Positions 13,601 through 25,548 of a stretch of 64,000 nucleotides of DNA are shown here, in pieces; the first letter of the stretch is position 1, and each line of letters starts with the position of its first letter. Origin of the DNA: Gonapodya sp. JEL0774. Lineage: Eukaryota. The stretch spans positions 124,001 through 188,000 of the forward strand of contig JADIIX010000012.1 in NCBI GenBank assembly GCA_027604505.1. The letters run 5' to 3'. Made by a program: the position numbers and the translations under genes. The notes beneath the pieces are model-generated. The model saw only the letters and a program-made list of their open reading frames with translations. It did not search any database and had not been told where the DNA came from.

Positions 13601-15633
13601 AAACTGCGAGTCGGCGAATTCATGGATGCCACCGGTTGCGTTGACTGAGAAGTAACCTTGGGGCGTCAAAGAAGATGATTTTGTCACAACACACAACACA
13701 CTTCGACGAGTAAACAGAACAATTGTGGAGACTCACCCCACACGTTGGTCGAACTTCGGAAGTTCAGCTCCGATACCTTACCCGAGTTGGGTTTGAATCC
13801 GGCCTCTGGGTTCTCGGCTGTGATTCGACAAGCGATGACGTGCCCTTTGGCGCTTGGTTTCCGTTGGGTCACGTGTGCGAGAGGAGTTGAAAAGTCGAAG
13901 TCGATGTCGGAGGTGTCGTACGGGTTCAACCCATAGAGAACACGAATATCCTTGATACAGGAGAGTGGGATCCCCATAGCTACTTGAAGCTGGGCAGCTG
14001 GGATGTTCACTCCCGTGACCTAAGTACATTCAAGAAGGGAGTGCATGAACACTGTTAACCGAACAAACAGCAGTCCTGCTTTCACGCACCATTTCAGTAG
14101 TGGGATGCTCCACTTGCAATCTCGGGTTAAGCTCCAGGAAGCTGTAAGTTTTCGTCGTGTAGTCGTAGAGGTACTCGACTGTCCCCGCGTTGTGGTACCC
14201 AACAAGCTTGGCCAGCCGCACTGCAGCTTTTTCCATTGCCTCACGAACATCCTGCTCGGCAATCGTCACGGGAGCCTCTTCGATGATTTTCTGATGTCGT
14301 CGTTGAACAGAGCAATCGCGCCCGAAGAGAGAAATTGCATTTCCGTAGTGGTCTCCGAGGAGCTGAACCTCCAGGTGACGGGCGTTCGACATCATCTTAA
14401 GGCAACGAAGGGTCGCGGGTACTGTTAAATCAGAGAGATCGTGAGGTGCGCAACAAACTCACCTTCATGATGAAAATGGGGCTTCCGGGAACCTCCTTTT
14501 TAACTTGCTCGAACAAGCTTGAGAATTCCTCCGCTTTCGTTACCTTCCTGATGCCCTTTCCGCCTCCACCCTCACTTGCTTTGATCATGACGGGGAATCC
14601 GATTCTCTTCGCATGCTGCAGACCTGTCTCGGCGTCTTTGACGGTAGCTTTGTCCATGATATCGTCTGGAATAATTAAAACACCCTGTTCGTCGCGGACT
14701 TCTGGTACCGTTATGCCCACACCGTTCCAATCGATACAGGGCACATCAGCAGTCTGTGCGACGACTGTCGAGGCAATTTTGTCACCCAAAGTACGCATGG
14801 CATTCGCAGGAGGGCCGATGAAGACGATCTTCGACTTTGTCGCAGAGAGCTTTTCGACGAGCTTAGGGTTCTCAGAGGCGTGACCCCAACCTGCCCAAAC
14901 AGCCTGACGCGCCAAAGATAGGCACCGTCAGCTAAAACAAGTCACGGAACACAGCTTGGGTTGCCTCCTCACCTGTGCCCCGGTCCTCTCGGCGATATCC
15001 ACAATCAAGTCCACGTTCGCATAGTTGTGATTGTTGCTTCCCCCAGGAACTTCAACATACTGATCCGCCAGACGAATATACTCCGCGTTAGCAGCCAAAT
15101 CATCGGGCTATTTCCGCAAAGTCAATTTATCAGTGAGCGTGAATCAGAAGCTCATCAAGAATGACGACTGGATCTTGTCCCAAACTCACCGTAGCCATGA
15201 CGGTAAATTGAATCGCCCTCTCATCTCCAAACTCTGTGTAAGCCCACTTCCGCACGGAACGAATCTCCTTGACAGCGGCGACACCGTTGTTGGCTGAGAT
15301 CAACAACACACAATCAACCTCCAACCACCAACTTGGACAATTGAAACAGCTCAAAATTAAACTCACCAATGAGAACTCGAGTAATTGGTGTGTGTCCTCG
15401 TTGGCGAGCCACGAAATCCTGAACAGTCGTGCTCCCAGATGTCCACCGACTCACACCTAACCAAACGACACGAATGAACACCATCAGACCCCAAACTTGA
15501 CAAAGAACCATCAAAATATCCTTGGTGACTAATCACCCTCGGTGGCCATCTTCTTTCTAGCTTCCAATGACTCCAATTGTGCCACGGAGAGCCGACGACG
15601 GGTGAAGGCCGATGGGTCCACAGCGAGACTCAT
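7671..15633 (-). CDS. ACC1: Acetyl-CoA carboxylase (BC-BCCP-central-CT), multi-exon
   Basis: [63 protein letters not shown], biotin motif EVMKM (~12850-12865), [29 protein letters not shown]. First in-frame ATG at 15633, second at 15549. Confidence 0.97.
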
Positions 15634-16202
15634 TGTAAATCGTTATCGTCCGGTGAAATTCTTCCCAGAGACGTCGATTATTGGTAGTGGACACTTGAAA
15701 TGCTCCGGTTATCTTCTGGAGACAGGAAAATATATACTCGTCTGAGACTGGCGAGGTGTTAAGTATCCGGAATGGAAGTCGATGTTCACCGCAGAGAGCG
15801 ATTGCGGCGTGGAACACGTAGACGGACAAGAAAAGTGGAAAAAGAGTTGGGAAGAACCGGTTGGAAATACCATTATGGACGTTATGGGAACTGGCAACGC
15901 ACATCAAGACTCTCCAAGCACCAATGACAACAAGGCGACAGAGTTTCTCGTGCGATTGATTGCAATGTACGAAGTCGTACGAGATAGCGGTGATATGGAG
16001 TATTGGAATTACGTGGAACACTGATGATCCGGTATTATTTGGATGCTGATGTGAAGTTGGGGGAACTGCGCCACAAAGTTCCGAACTCATGGGAAAAGCG
16101 CGGATATTCGTCATTGTGTTGCTATCTGTATTTACGTCATTCACAATCGCAATCCCCAACAAAATCAAGACCTAAAAACCCGGCGTATTTTCATCTTTTA
16201 TC

Positions 16203-17342
16203 TCATGCGGCATCGACTCTCCTGGCAGCTTCCAAATCTGCCGCATCGAGTTGTCTGATTGCCTGCACTTTCGGAACATCACCAGTCAATGCCCCTTTCG
16301 CCAACTCGTATAAAACCAGTGGTGTAGCTCGATCTTGTATTGCTAGGAAGGTGTTCGCGCATCAATGGATTGTATTGTTTCGTGCCGAAACACGAATACT
16401 AACCGTAGTGAACCGAGGTAGCTTGCACGAAAATAAGCGAGATGCGCGGGTCTGATGATCAATAGCAAAGCATATGAGTTCCTCATATCCGTACCGAATC
16501 TGCGATGAAACTCACCATCAGCACTTCCATCATGCACCCCATCACCTAGATCGTTGAACCACGTCTGCGTTACGGGGAAGTTTGACATTAGCGATTGTTG
16601 AGATCAATCTCCCAGATTACCAAGGATGATGCGTACCTTGAGGTCGCTTGACCTGGCAGTGGCGCATGAGTATCGGGGGGATTGAGCAGGATGAACATGG
16701 CAGACGACACTGCTGAACTAAACGCACCACAGCTTTCGCACCATATCTCGATCGTCGACTTTCATGGCCATTCCAGAAACAGACACCCAATCTCTGTTGT
16801 TTTGGCGCATATCTTTCGGGTTGAGGAGGGGGGTTTGCACATCGCTCTGAATGACGTGATCGCGTACGAGAAGTCCATACAACGAGTCACTCACACGCCA
16901 GGTTCACATGATTATCAAAAGACAAGTCATCAAACTTGTGAGTCAGATTGTTGGCTTCGAGTTCCATCAAGATGACGTCAGGATTCGGCAAAGAAGAGGT
17001 CACGCTGAACCTATAGTCCGCGCACCTGCGAACCACAAAGCTGCTCCCGCAACTCGTGCTTGTGTCGCCATCGGACGCGATGAAAGCTCACCCGACTTGG
17101 AACGGGTGGTGAACATGCACACTTCAATCCCTTCGATAAGTTTGTAGAGATCCTAACAGGTCGAGTGAAGAAGAGCTTTTGTTGTAGACACCAATATTCT
17201 GCAGCTTCTGACAACTTTGAAGCCAAAGAAGGATGGAATTGCGACATCTCACGTCCAGCTTCTTCCCCACCGAAGTGGTCGTGTCGAGATTGGCATCTTT
17301 GGCTGTGGCGGGGGCTTCACGCTGACCAGAAGAAGAGAGCAT
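16203..17342 (-). CDS. Bli-3-like / general stress protein, pyridoxamine-5'-phosphate-oxidase-like FMN-binding split barrel; many small exons
   Basis: Manual splice gives MLSS..ANLDTTTSVGKKLD|DLYKLIEGIEVCMFTTRSKSGELSSRPMA..LWFA|NNLTHKFDDLSFDNHVNLA..DWVSVSG..VRKLW|SSDLK|TWFNDLGDGVHDGSAD|DPRISLIFVQATSVHY|..GALTGDVPKV. This matches the fungal Bli-3 family signature (DLGDGxHDG..DPRI). Confidence 0.85.
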
Positions 17343-18448
17343 TGTTCGTTGTTGGTGGGAATGTTCAATAAAATGTGGTGTTGGGCCGTCAGTGAACAGG
17401 CAATGATGACTGTGCTCTACAATATATTCAGCACCAGCACTCCCTCCGATAGTGAACTTTGGGGCAGCAGAAGAGCCAACCAGGAGCATCGAACTAGCCC
17501 AAATGCAATTAATTTAAAGTTTGTACATGTCATATCCGTTCCATGTCACCCTTTACTCGTACCTCTTTCCTCTTTTCATTGTTCTGTAATCGCTATTACT
17601 GTCAGCGGCTGACTTACTTTGACCACCGCCCGACTCGGGCATAAGTGGATAATCAACATTAGCTTAAAGGATGGAAGAGTGGCATTCCGGCAATGTGAAT
17701 GTTGGACGTGTTGTCATTCATTTTGTCTGGATATATTCGATCATCATATATAATTGGCTAACTTCTCCTTGACGCTTTGTGAGCCGCACGGACTGGGGTG
17801 ATGACACTATAGCAGATAAGAACGAATTTGATCGGGTGGAAGAGAAATTGCTTTCTTCAAGATTTTGTGATCGGTGCGGCATTCTCGGGATCTCGTCAAC
17901 TGACATAGCCGACCAAGCAGTTTGAGGATGTCTGCACAAAACCCAGTTGTCAAAGGAGAGCTTGCTGAAAGGGACACACTTGGAAAAGTTCAAGGCAGTA
18001 CAAAAGAACAAGGCAGAGGTGATTCGCGAGTTCAAGGTGAGCGGCAAGTTCAGTGCCAGCTGCGACGTGAAACGGAGGGTGCGAGGAAGAGGTCGCTGTT
18101 CAGCTCGACGAGAATTGTATAAACAATACACATTGGAGATGGGAAACGATTGAAGAAGTGAAGATTGAAGTTCGAGATGTCGCATCAAGTTGCTACGAGT
18201 GTTCTGCTTGAGCAGCTTCGCCAACGTGGTACTGCCTTGCTCACTTCTTCCCACCCCGTGCTGTGCGATTTGTTTGTGTTCTGTGTTGGATGATTTCTCG
18301 CTAGTAAAAGGGTTACTCACAATCCGTTCTGCCCCACTCCCGCCCGCGTTTGCCCTCGTTACTGCATACACCTTCAGCTTCTGCACCCCGCTCGGCAACT
18401 GCACAAACTTTCAAAGATTCGCTTGTTAGGCGGCGAACCTCTCTTGAC

Positions 18449-21400
18449 ATGCATTCACCTCCTCCATCAGCTTCACCACCCCTTAATTTGCCGACTCAAG
18501 TTCATTCGAAAGCTCCCACTAAAATGAACCTCGACGAAAACGCCGCTGTACCAACACCTCCTCTCACCCCGGTCCAATCCCCCTCTTCACTTCCAACTCA
18601 TTTGATGGATCACGTGAACTCTCCCTCCACCGCATCACGTACCCCTTCTCTCTTCAACACACTCCTTCAGCAGGCACAGATCACTGCGGTCCGCGCAGCG
18701 GAGGCTATCAACAACATGAGCAGTCCCACCGCCGCGGCAAATCCTGCCAAATCCGCTCGCACTGAAAGCACTTCTCTGGAATCTACAGCTGCTTCGGTTC
18801 CCGCACAAAGTTCGCTCGCAGAAGCAGGCAGTGCTGCAACATCTTCACTGCCTTCCTCCACTACTACGAGCGGGAGCTCTACGTTCCATCAGCCCTCTCA
18901 ATTGGTGCCAGGGTCAAACGTGGTCACCACCTTACCCCGCAAGGGAGCTGAAGCAAGTGCAACCTCATCTGATAGCTCATCAGTGGGACCGGGCTATGAC
19001 AAACCCTCCATCCATGTCACCTCAGCTTCTGAGAGCACAAGCCAGAACGTGATGTCACCTGATGGGCGCCGTGAGCCCATCCCCCTCCTCCTTGTCTCCC
19101 GTTCTCTCACAGCCGACCCCACCAGGGACGCGTCGGTTCACCTGGTGAGCGCGCCGGGATCGGTTGCGGAAGGGGAAGGCAGCAATGGGCAGGAAGGAGA
19201 TCCGCACGGGCTTTCCTCTTCCGGCCCATTCCTGACTCTTTTGAACGAGGGTTCACCGCGCCCACCCTCACCACGTCGCTCTCGGGCGACCCCAGAGGAA
19301 ATATCCTCCCTCCAGTCTTTCCAGATCACTTCCTCGTCTTCCAAAAGTACATCCACAGCAGTGCCTGCTTCTGCTTCCGGCTCCCCGTCCGCATCACCCG
19401 TTCCCTTGCCATCAACCCTCCCCCCGCCGACAGCCTCCTCACCGTCTCCTCGAGGACGCTCTGCAACTCGCGCGGGCACCGACAGCAAAAAGCACGGTGG
19501 TGGCATTCACTTACCGTTTTTCCATCGTGATCGGAGCCGCTCCAAAGATAAACACTCAGGCACCGACAAGCGCGGGGATCAAGAGACGGCTGATCGCGAC
19601 TCGCCTGATGGAGCTCAAGGCCACGGGCACAGGCGGAGCAAATCTTGGTCTTTGGGGAGCATGGTTAGGAAGGGCGGTGCCGCAGGTCACGAAAGGGAGG
19701 ACAACGAGAAGAGCGGAAACAGGAAGAATGTGGAAGGCGGCAGCATGGGGACTCAGCTTCAAACAACAAGTCTGCCAAACTTACACAACGTCGCAGTGTC
19801 TGGGTTTGGGTCTGCCGGTTCTTTGTCTTCTTCCCTTGCAACCTCTGCGTTTCCCCATCCAGACTCTTCCCATATTCTGACTCCCGCTCTCCAACCTTCC
19901 TCACCTCAAACGTCTGTCCCTTCGACCGCCCTGCCGATTTTGTCTCCTACCCCGTCTCCTCCGCATGCAGACTCCGCGCCAGTATTGCTTACCGCCCCAC
20001 GGGTGCCAGCTTCAACTCGGGCGAGCTCCGACTCAGTACTTGCCCCACGATCCGCGAGTTTGAACAGACACGCGGCGGTGGAGAGGGAAAAGGAGGATGA
20101 GAAGGAGAGGGAGTTGGAGCGAGGAAGGGAGAAGGAGAAGGAAAAGGGTGGGAAGGGAGTTCGGGATTGGGTTGAGAGAGTTGTGGGGAGGAAGCCAAGT
20201 GGTAAAGTCGGTGAGCGCGGGAAGCGGGGGAGGAAGAGAAGTTCGAGTAGGGAAAGTACGGCTTCGAGTGAGTCCGCCTGGCATTCGTCTCGTGTTTCAA
20301 ATTATGCTGAAATTTACATCTATTCCAACCTTGATATGTTCACTTGCAATTGCATCTGAAACCCCTCAAAACCTCACTCATTCCTCAATTAGCCAAAGAA
20401 GTTGTGAGTCCTTCTCACAAACCAGCAAGCAGTAGCGAAGGCAGCGCTGGATCTTCCCTCGATGTCCCACACGGTTCCGCCCCACTCTCTGCCGCACCTG
20501 CAGCATCACCATCCGCATCACCATCCTCGCATGACTCAGTTCACCCTGCAACGTTCCCCCGGGCCGCTATTCACCGTCCACCTTCTCGATCCTCCACTGC
20601 TCCGGGCACAGATGACCCCCATTCTGTGACCCGATACCCTTCATCCACTTCATCATTCATTGCCGCCGAACCCAACTCGGGGTCCTCGTCTCCCTCACTT
20701 TCCTCTGCCCCTCTGCCTGGGCGCCCTCCCAGTCCTGCGCCTTCAAATGCTTCAGGAGTAAGGAAGGCTACCCTGGTTGGGGCACCCGATCATCCGGACA
20801 GAAAAGTGGTCACTTACGCGAGCGCACACAGAAATAAGGAGTTCCATGGCTTGTTTAGTATTGTTCCGATCGGGGAGGTACTGGTGGATCATTATAGTTG
20901 TTCGTACTATAAAGAGGGTGAGTTCGATGATGAGTACGCTCCATCATGATTTGGACGGTTGAACATGGCGGGTACTGATGATTATCTACGCCCTGACTTG
21001 ATCATCATTATGGGGGAACTAGCGTACCTCCCCATGACGGGCAGAATGTATATCTCGGAGCGCCACATATGCTTTTGGAGCATGTTTATGGACAGAGTGA
21101 GTGATTTGGTCCCTGGTCGGTACGTTTCGGTTGCCCTGATGGACTCGGATTCTCGCCCTTGTATTTGCATATTCCCATGCGCTACCAGCTTGTTGTCAAT
21201 TTTGCGGATATTACTGCAATCGAGAAGAAGTTTACAGCGTATGTGGTGCCCAACGCAATCGAGATCACCACCAGGGATGGGCAGGTACGTTTATGTATCG
21301 GAACGCTTCACACAGTAGTACTGGTAATACCCTCTCAAATTCTGCTTCCTCCACAAAAGAACCACTTCTTTGCGTCATTCGCGACCTTCCCACTCCGGGA

Positions 21401-22820
21401 CCAAGCGTTCGATGTGATTGAAGCCACCGTCAAACGGTACAAGAGTCAAATATTGGTAGAATCGGATCTATCAGACGAGAGCGACACGGAGTCAGATGCA
21501 GATGACCTTGCGAGGTTGGGGGATACCAGTGATGATGACGATAAGGATGCACACCAGCAGCCAGCTGGGTTATCACCGTCATTGACACCCGCAGTAGCGG
21601 GAGCTACAGCACTGTCAACATCGCGAAAACCATCGATTTCTCGCACGGGTGATCTACCAGACCCGCACGATGGGTCACCAAATGAGGACGAGGACAGGCA
21701 CCCACTAGTGAGCAAGGTGGCGAGTGTGACCAAGCTTCTGGTGCCCGCGAAAGGGAGCAAATCCAGACGGAGCAGCGTCGTGTTCGAACCGGATGAAGTG
21801 GTGGTGGCTTCGAAGATCGACAAAAAAAAGCGGAAGAACCGCGGTGGATCTCACGGAGGTGGCGGAGGTGGCACTGACGGAACGAACGCTTCTCTCGCTC
21901 AGTTCCCCCCTCCATCCACATGTGCGTGTACAGACCACGACACGACGTCGCTCAAGTGGGACATCACGTATCCAGTGTCATTGCCTCGCTTGTTCAACAA
22001 GCTGTTCGGCCCCGGCTCAGAGGAAGTCGGCCGCACACTTATCGAGGAGCGCCGAAAATTCCGAGACTTCCATAAAACTGAATCCTGGGTCCCGGGTGGG
22101 GATGGCTCGTTTGAAACTATTCCCGAGGGTGCCAAGCGGAAGTTTGAGTGGATTGTTCCTCTGAGTGGACCTATTGGACCAAGCAAGACCCGCAATCTGC
22201 AAGAAGAGCATATAGTTCGGAAAACAGACACGTTTGTCACGATCAGACTGACTGGGAATGTGCCCGATGTGCCAAGTGGAGACACGTTCAGGAACGTCGC
22301 GACCATTTGTCTGATGCACGCCAAACCATTGCGCAAACCCGGTGGGAAAGCCGTCGCACAGACTCGAATGCGAGTGTCGGCATACGTTAACTTTATCAAA
22401 TCGTCGTGGGTGAAGAACCTGATAGAGTCGAATAGCCTGGGTGGACTCAAGGCACACTACACCGATCTCGAATCGATGTTGAAAGAGTGGCTGTTGGCGG
22501 AGCCAGAGCCGGAGGTAGATGTGGGTGGTAAGGAGGTGGAAATCGAAGCACCAGCACCAGTGGTTACTGTCCCCAGTGAGGTGTTGGCGCCGGAGCCAGC
22601 CCCACTCCCTGTTTTGCGTGTCCGATCTGCATGGAACACATTCATGAAAGCTTTTACATTGAAAAACTTAACTTCGACGCTATTTTACCTGGCTTTGTTC
22701 TCACATTTTGTTCTTTTGTGGAGGGCTGTGTCGGTTCTCGGGGAGATTAGGGAACAGCTCAAAGATGCGAAGGAGCTTCTCTCTACATTGAAAGTAAATT
22801 TGGCGCTACCGTTAGAGTAG
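18449..22820 (+). CDS. GRAM + VASt (StARkin) membrane-contact-site sterol transfer protein (Lam/Ysp2/GRAMD1 family)
   Basis: Long Ser/Pro-rich N-terminus. GRAM: RNKEFHGLF..LVDHYSCS..GRMYISERHICF..IEKKFTAYVVPNAIEI. VASt: PLSGPIGPSKTR..VPDVPSGDTF..VNFIKSSWVKNLIE. C-terminal TM helix and coiled coil. Confidence 0.88.
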
Positions 22821-23311
22821 AATCCACTGGCTTTGACGTTTGTTTTGAGAACTGAATGTCCAGTATTTTGGTTTTTCAGAAATCATATGACCGCAGTGTG
22901 AAATAGGCCGCTAGCCCTCGGTGAATTATGTGTTGAAAAAACCTTTCTTGGCCAAAACCCATCACATAAAAGTAAAGAGCGATCAGATTCGATTCAGCAC
23001 CTGGTCGCCAACAATCGAACATCTATCTTCTTCAGTCCTCCTTCAAGGTATGTCTGACTCGCAATCAGGGGAAACGAAGGAGCTCAGAGTGACCGTTCGG
23101 ATGGTCAACCCCCTGGCGGTCTTTGGACGTTTCGAATATATCGCCGTTGTGCTCAAACGAGGCAAACAAACTGGACAACAGTGATTTTTGCCTCTGCTAG
23201 CACGAAAAGAGTTCACGCTTGCTGCCAAAATCGAGTAGTTGATGCCGGTTCCTCATGTCCTCCACTATGTCTATCTCACATGCTTGTCCACACTCACCAG
23301 TTTCGAACAAC

Positions 23312-25240
23312 ATGTCTGGACATCGTGAGCCTACCCCCGAGTTCCTTGAGTATGAGGCAGACTTCATGCCTGTTTGCGTGAACGACCTGGTACGTTGGAT
23401 GGCGATAGGATTGAGACATCGGAACACGATCAGTAGCTTTTCCGCATCTACAAACTCTAGGTTCCTTACTGCGAGAGAAAACTTAAACCCGCATTTTGGG
23501 AGCACATCCGTGATGGAGCTATGGATTCAGAAACCCACAAAAATAACACTGAATCGGTGAGTTTGGTGTGAAACTCGTAGTCCCGTTAACTAGTTATCTT
23601 TGGGAATAACCCATGCCCCCGAATCCCCCCCTTGAACACAAACACAGTTCAAGAGAATCAGGATTCGTCCGAGGGTGCTGCGAGATGTCTCCAACATCGA
23701 CACTACTGTGAAGCTGTTTGGACACACCTGTGCGTGATGAGTTACTCTTAACGTCGCTGCGAGCATCGGACCACTTAACTATCAACAACGGCAAAATAAT
23801 GCTTTACTGAATTCACCGTTGACCTTATCAGTCGCGTCTCCTATTGGCCTGTCTCCAACTGGGTCAGTTCAAATGTGTCACCCGGAGGGTGAGAAGGTGT
23901 TTGCTCGGACAGTAGCAAGGATGGTGAGGATACGGAGCGATCTTTTCCATGTGTATCTCCTCTAAACTACTGTATCTCTTTCACTATTTCAAATCTCCGT
24001 GTTTCAGAACCAAGCATACGTAAGTCATCATTCGTGGGAACAGCCGATCACACGTCCCTAGGCTAGGTTAAAATTGCGTTGCTGACTTTTGGACGTCAGA
24101 TGTGCTCCACGGCTACGACTGTCTCGCTTGAAGATGTCGCCGCTGAGGCCCGTAACGTCCCCGACTACCCATTCGCCAAAGCCGCCAAACTTCCTAACCT
24201 TTTCTTCCAACTTTACGTCTTTGGCGACAAGAAAGTCACGGAGGCGCTCGTAAAGCGCGCGGAGAAGGAGGGTTACACCGCCATGGTTGTCACTGTCGAC
24301 ACCCCTCGTCTCGGTCGCCGTCTTACCCTGATCCGTCGCCCGGGTGAACTTGGCAAGCGCGTGTGGGCAAACTTTGCTACCAAGGAAGAAGATGCCTCCA
24401 AGTTTGCCAACAAGGGCGGCAATCTCGGTTTGAGCTCCAACTTCTCCGACACCCTCAACTGGGACACGGACATCAAGTGGCTCAGGAGCATCACGAAGCT
24501 CCCTATTATTCTAAAGGGAATCATGAGCGGGGAGGTGTGTTTCAACCTGCTTGCAACTATCAGTGTGATTCCCATGTGCTTATGTTGTGTTGAACCTCCC
24601 ACAGGACGCTGAACTCGCCATCCAAGCGGGTATTGACGGAATTTACGTAAGTTCTCTTTCAAAATGCGCTTTGGACGCATGATTTATGTGTTGATTTGTT
24701 GCGCAGGTCTCAAACCATGGTGGCCGTCAGCTTGACACAATCCCCTCGACTCTTGAGGCTCTTCCAGAAATCGCACGCGTTGCCAAGGGCAAGATCCCCA
24801 TTCTTTTTGGTAAGTAAACGTATCAGATAATCTCGACTACATGTTAAATCTTCATCCCAATCTTGCCGTGGCAGACGGCGGTGTTCGCAAAGGCACTGAT
24901 GTTTTCAAGGCGCTGGCCCTCGGTGCGGAGTAAGTTTGTGACGGATCTTCTTTGGGTGTTGTCGCGCGACTGACATTGCCATCCATTCAGCTACGTGTTC
25001 ATTGGCCGACCAGCGCTTCTCGGTCTCACCTGGAAGGCTGATGAGGGTATCGAGCAGGTTTTGAAGTAAGTCTTGAGTATGAACTCCACTACTCTATTGC
25101 GGGTTACTCACCCGCCTCTCACGCTTTTCAGCTGGCTGAACGAGGAGCTCCGTCTCGCTATGGTCCTCGCTGGTACCACCTCGGTGAAGGACATTACAAA
25201 GGCATTCGTTAGACACGAGAGCGAGTACTGGAAGCTGTAA
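23312..25240 (+). CDS. FMN-dependent alpha-hydroxy acid oxidase (glycolate oxidase/HAO family, no cytochrome b5 domain)
   Basis: Exons encode FKRIRIRPRVLRDVSNIDT, PIGLSPT..HPEGE, FFQLYV, VVTVDTPRLGRR, LPIILKGI, VSNHGGRQLD, DGGVRKGTDVFKALALGA, FIGRP; protein ends VRHESEYWKL*. Confidence 0.93.
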
Positions 25241-25548
25241 TGAAGTCGAACCTTTCTATAATATTATGATCGACGATTGTACCTATACTTGCATAAATCA
25301 ATAGAGTAAGTTAGTTGTTGGAAGAATGGAGTTTCCTGAATGCAGTGCGTAGGCATTTGCAAGCTGCAAATACACGTACAGATATTAACGCCCCTGTTTG
25401 AAGCATCGCTGAACAACGTTTGTAAGTGAGAGGTGCGCAGGTCTGTTCGACGTTGGGGGGGAGTTTCCCCCAAATCGAGCATACAACACTTTCCCTCGTA
25501 GATCGACTATTATCTCCGACGAACACCGGGGATTGATTTGCCGCAAAG

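Noticed and set aside
15557..16168. 203-aa minus-strand ORF and 80-aa plus-strand ORF upstream of ACC1
   Set aside because: No recognisable motifs; the region is best explained as the ACC1 promoter/5' UTR and Bli-3 3' UTR.
17921..18022. In-frame TGA after Cys (CQRRAC-TGA) as possible selenocysteine, since some early-diverging fungi use Sec
   Set aside because: No similarity to a selenoprotein family I recognise, no convincing SECIS by eye, and another frame is open through the segment.
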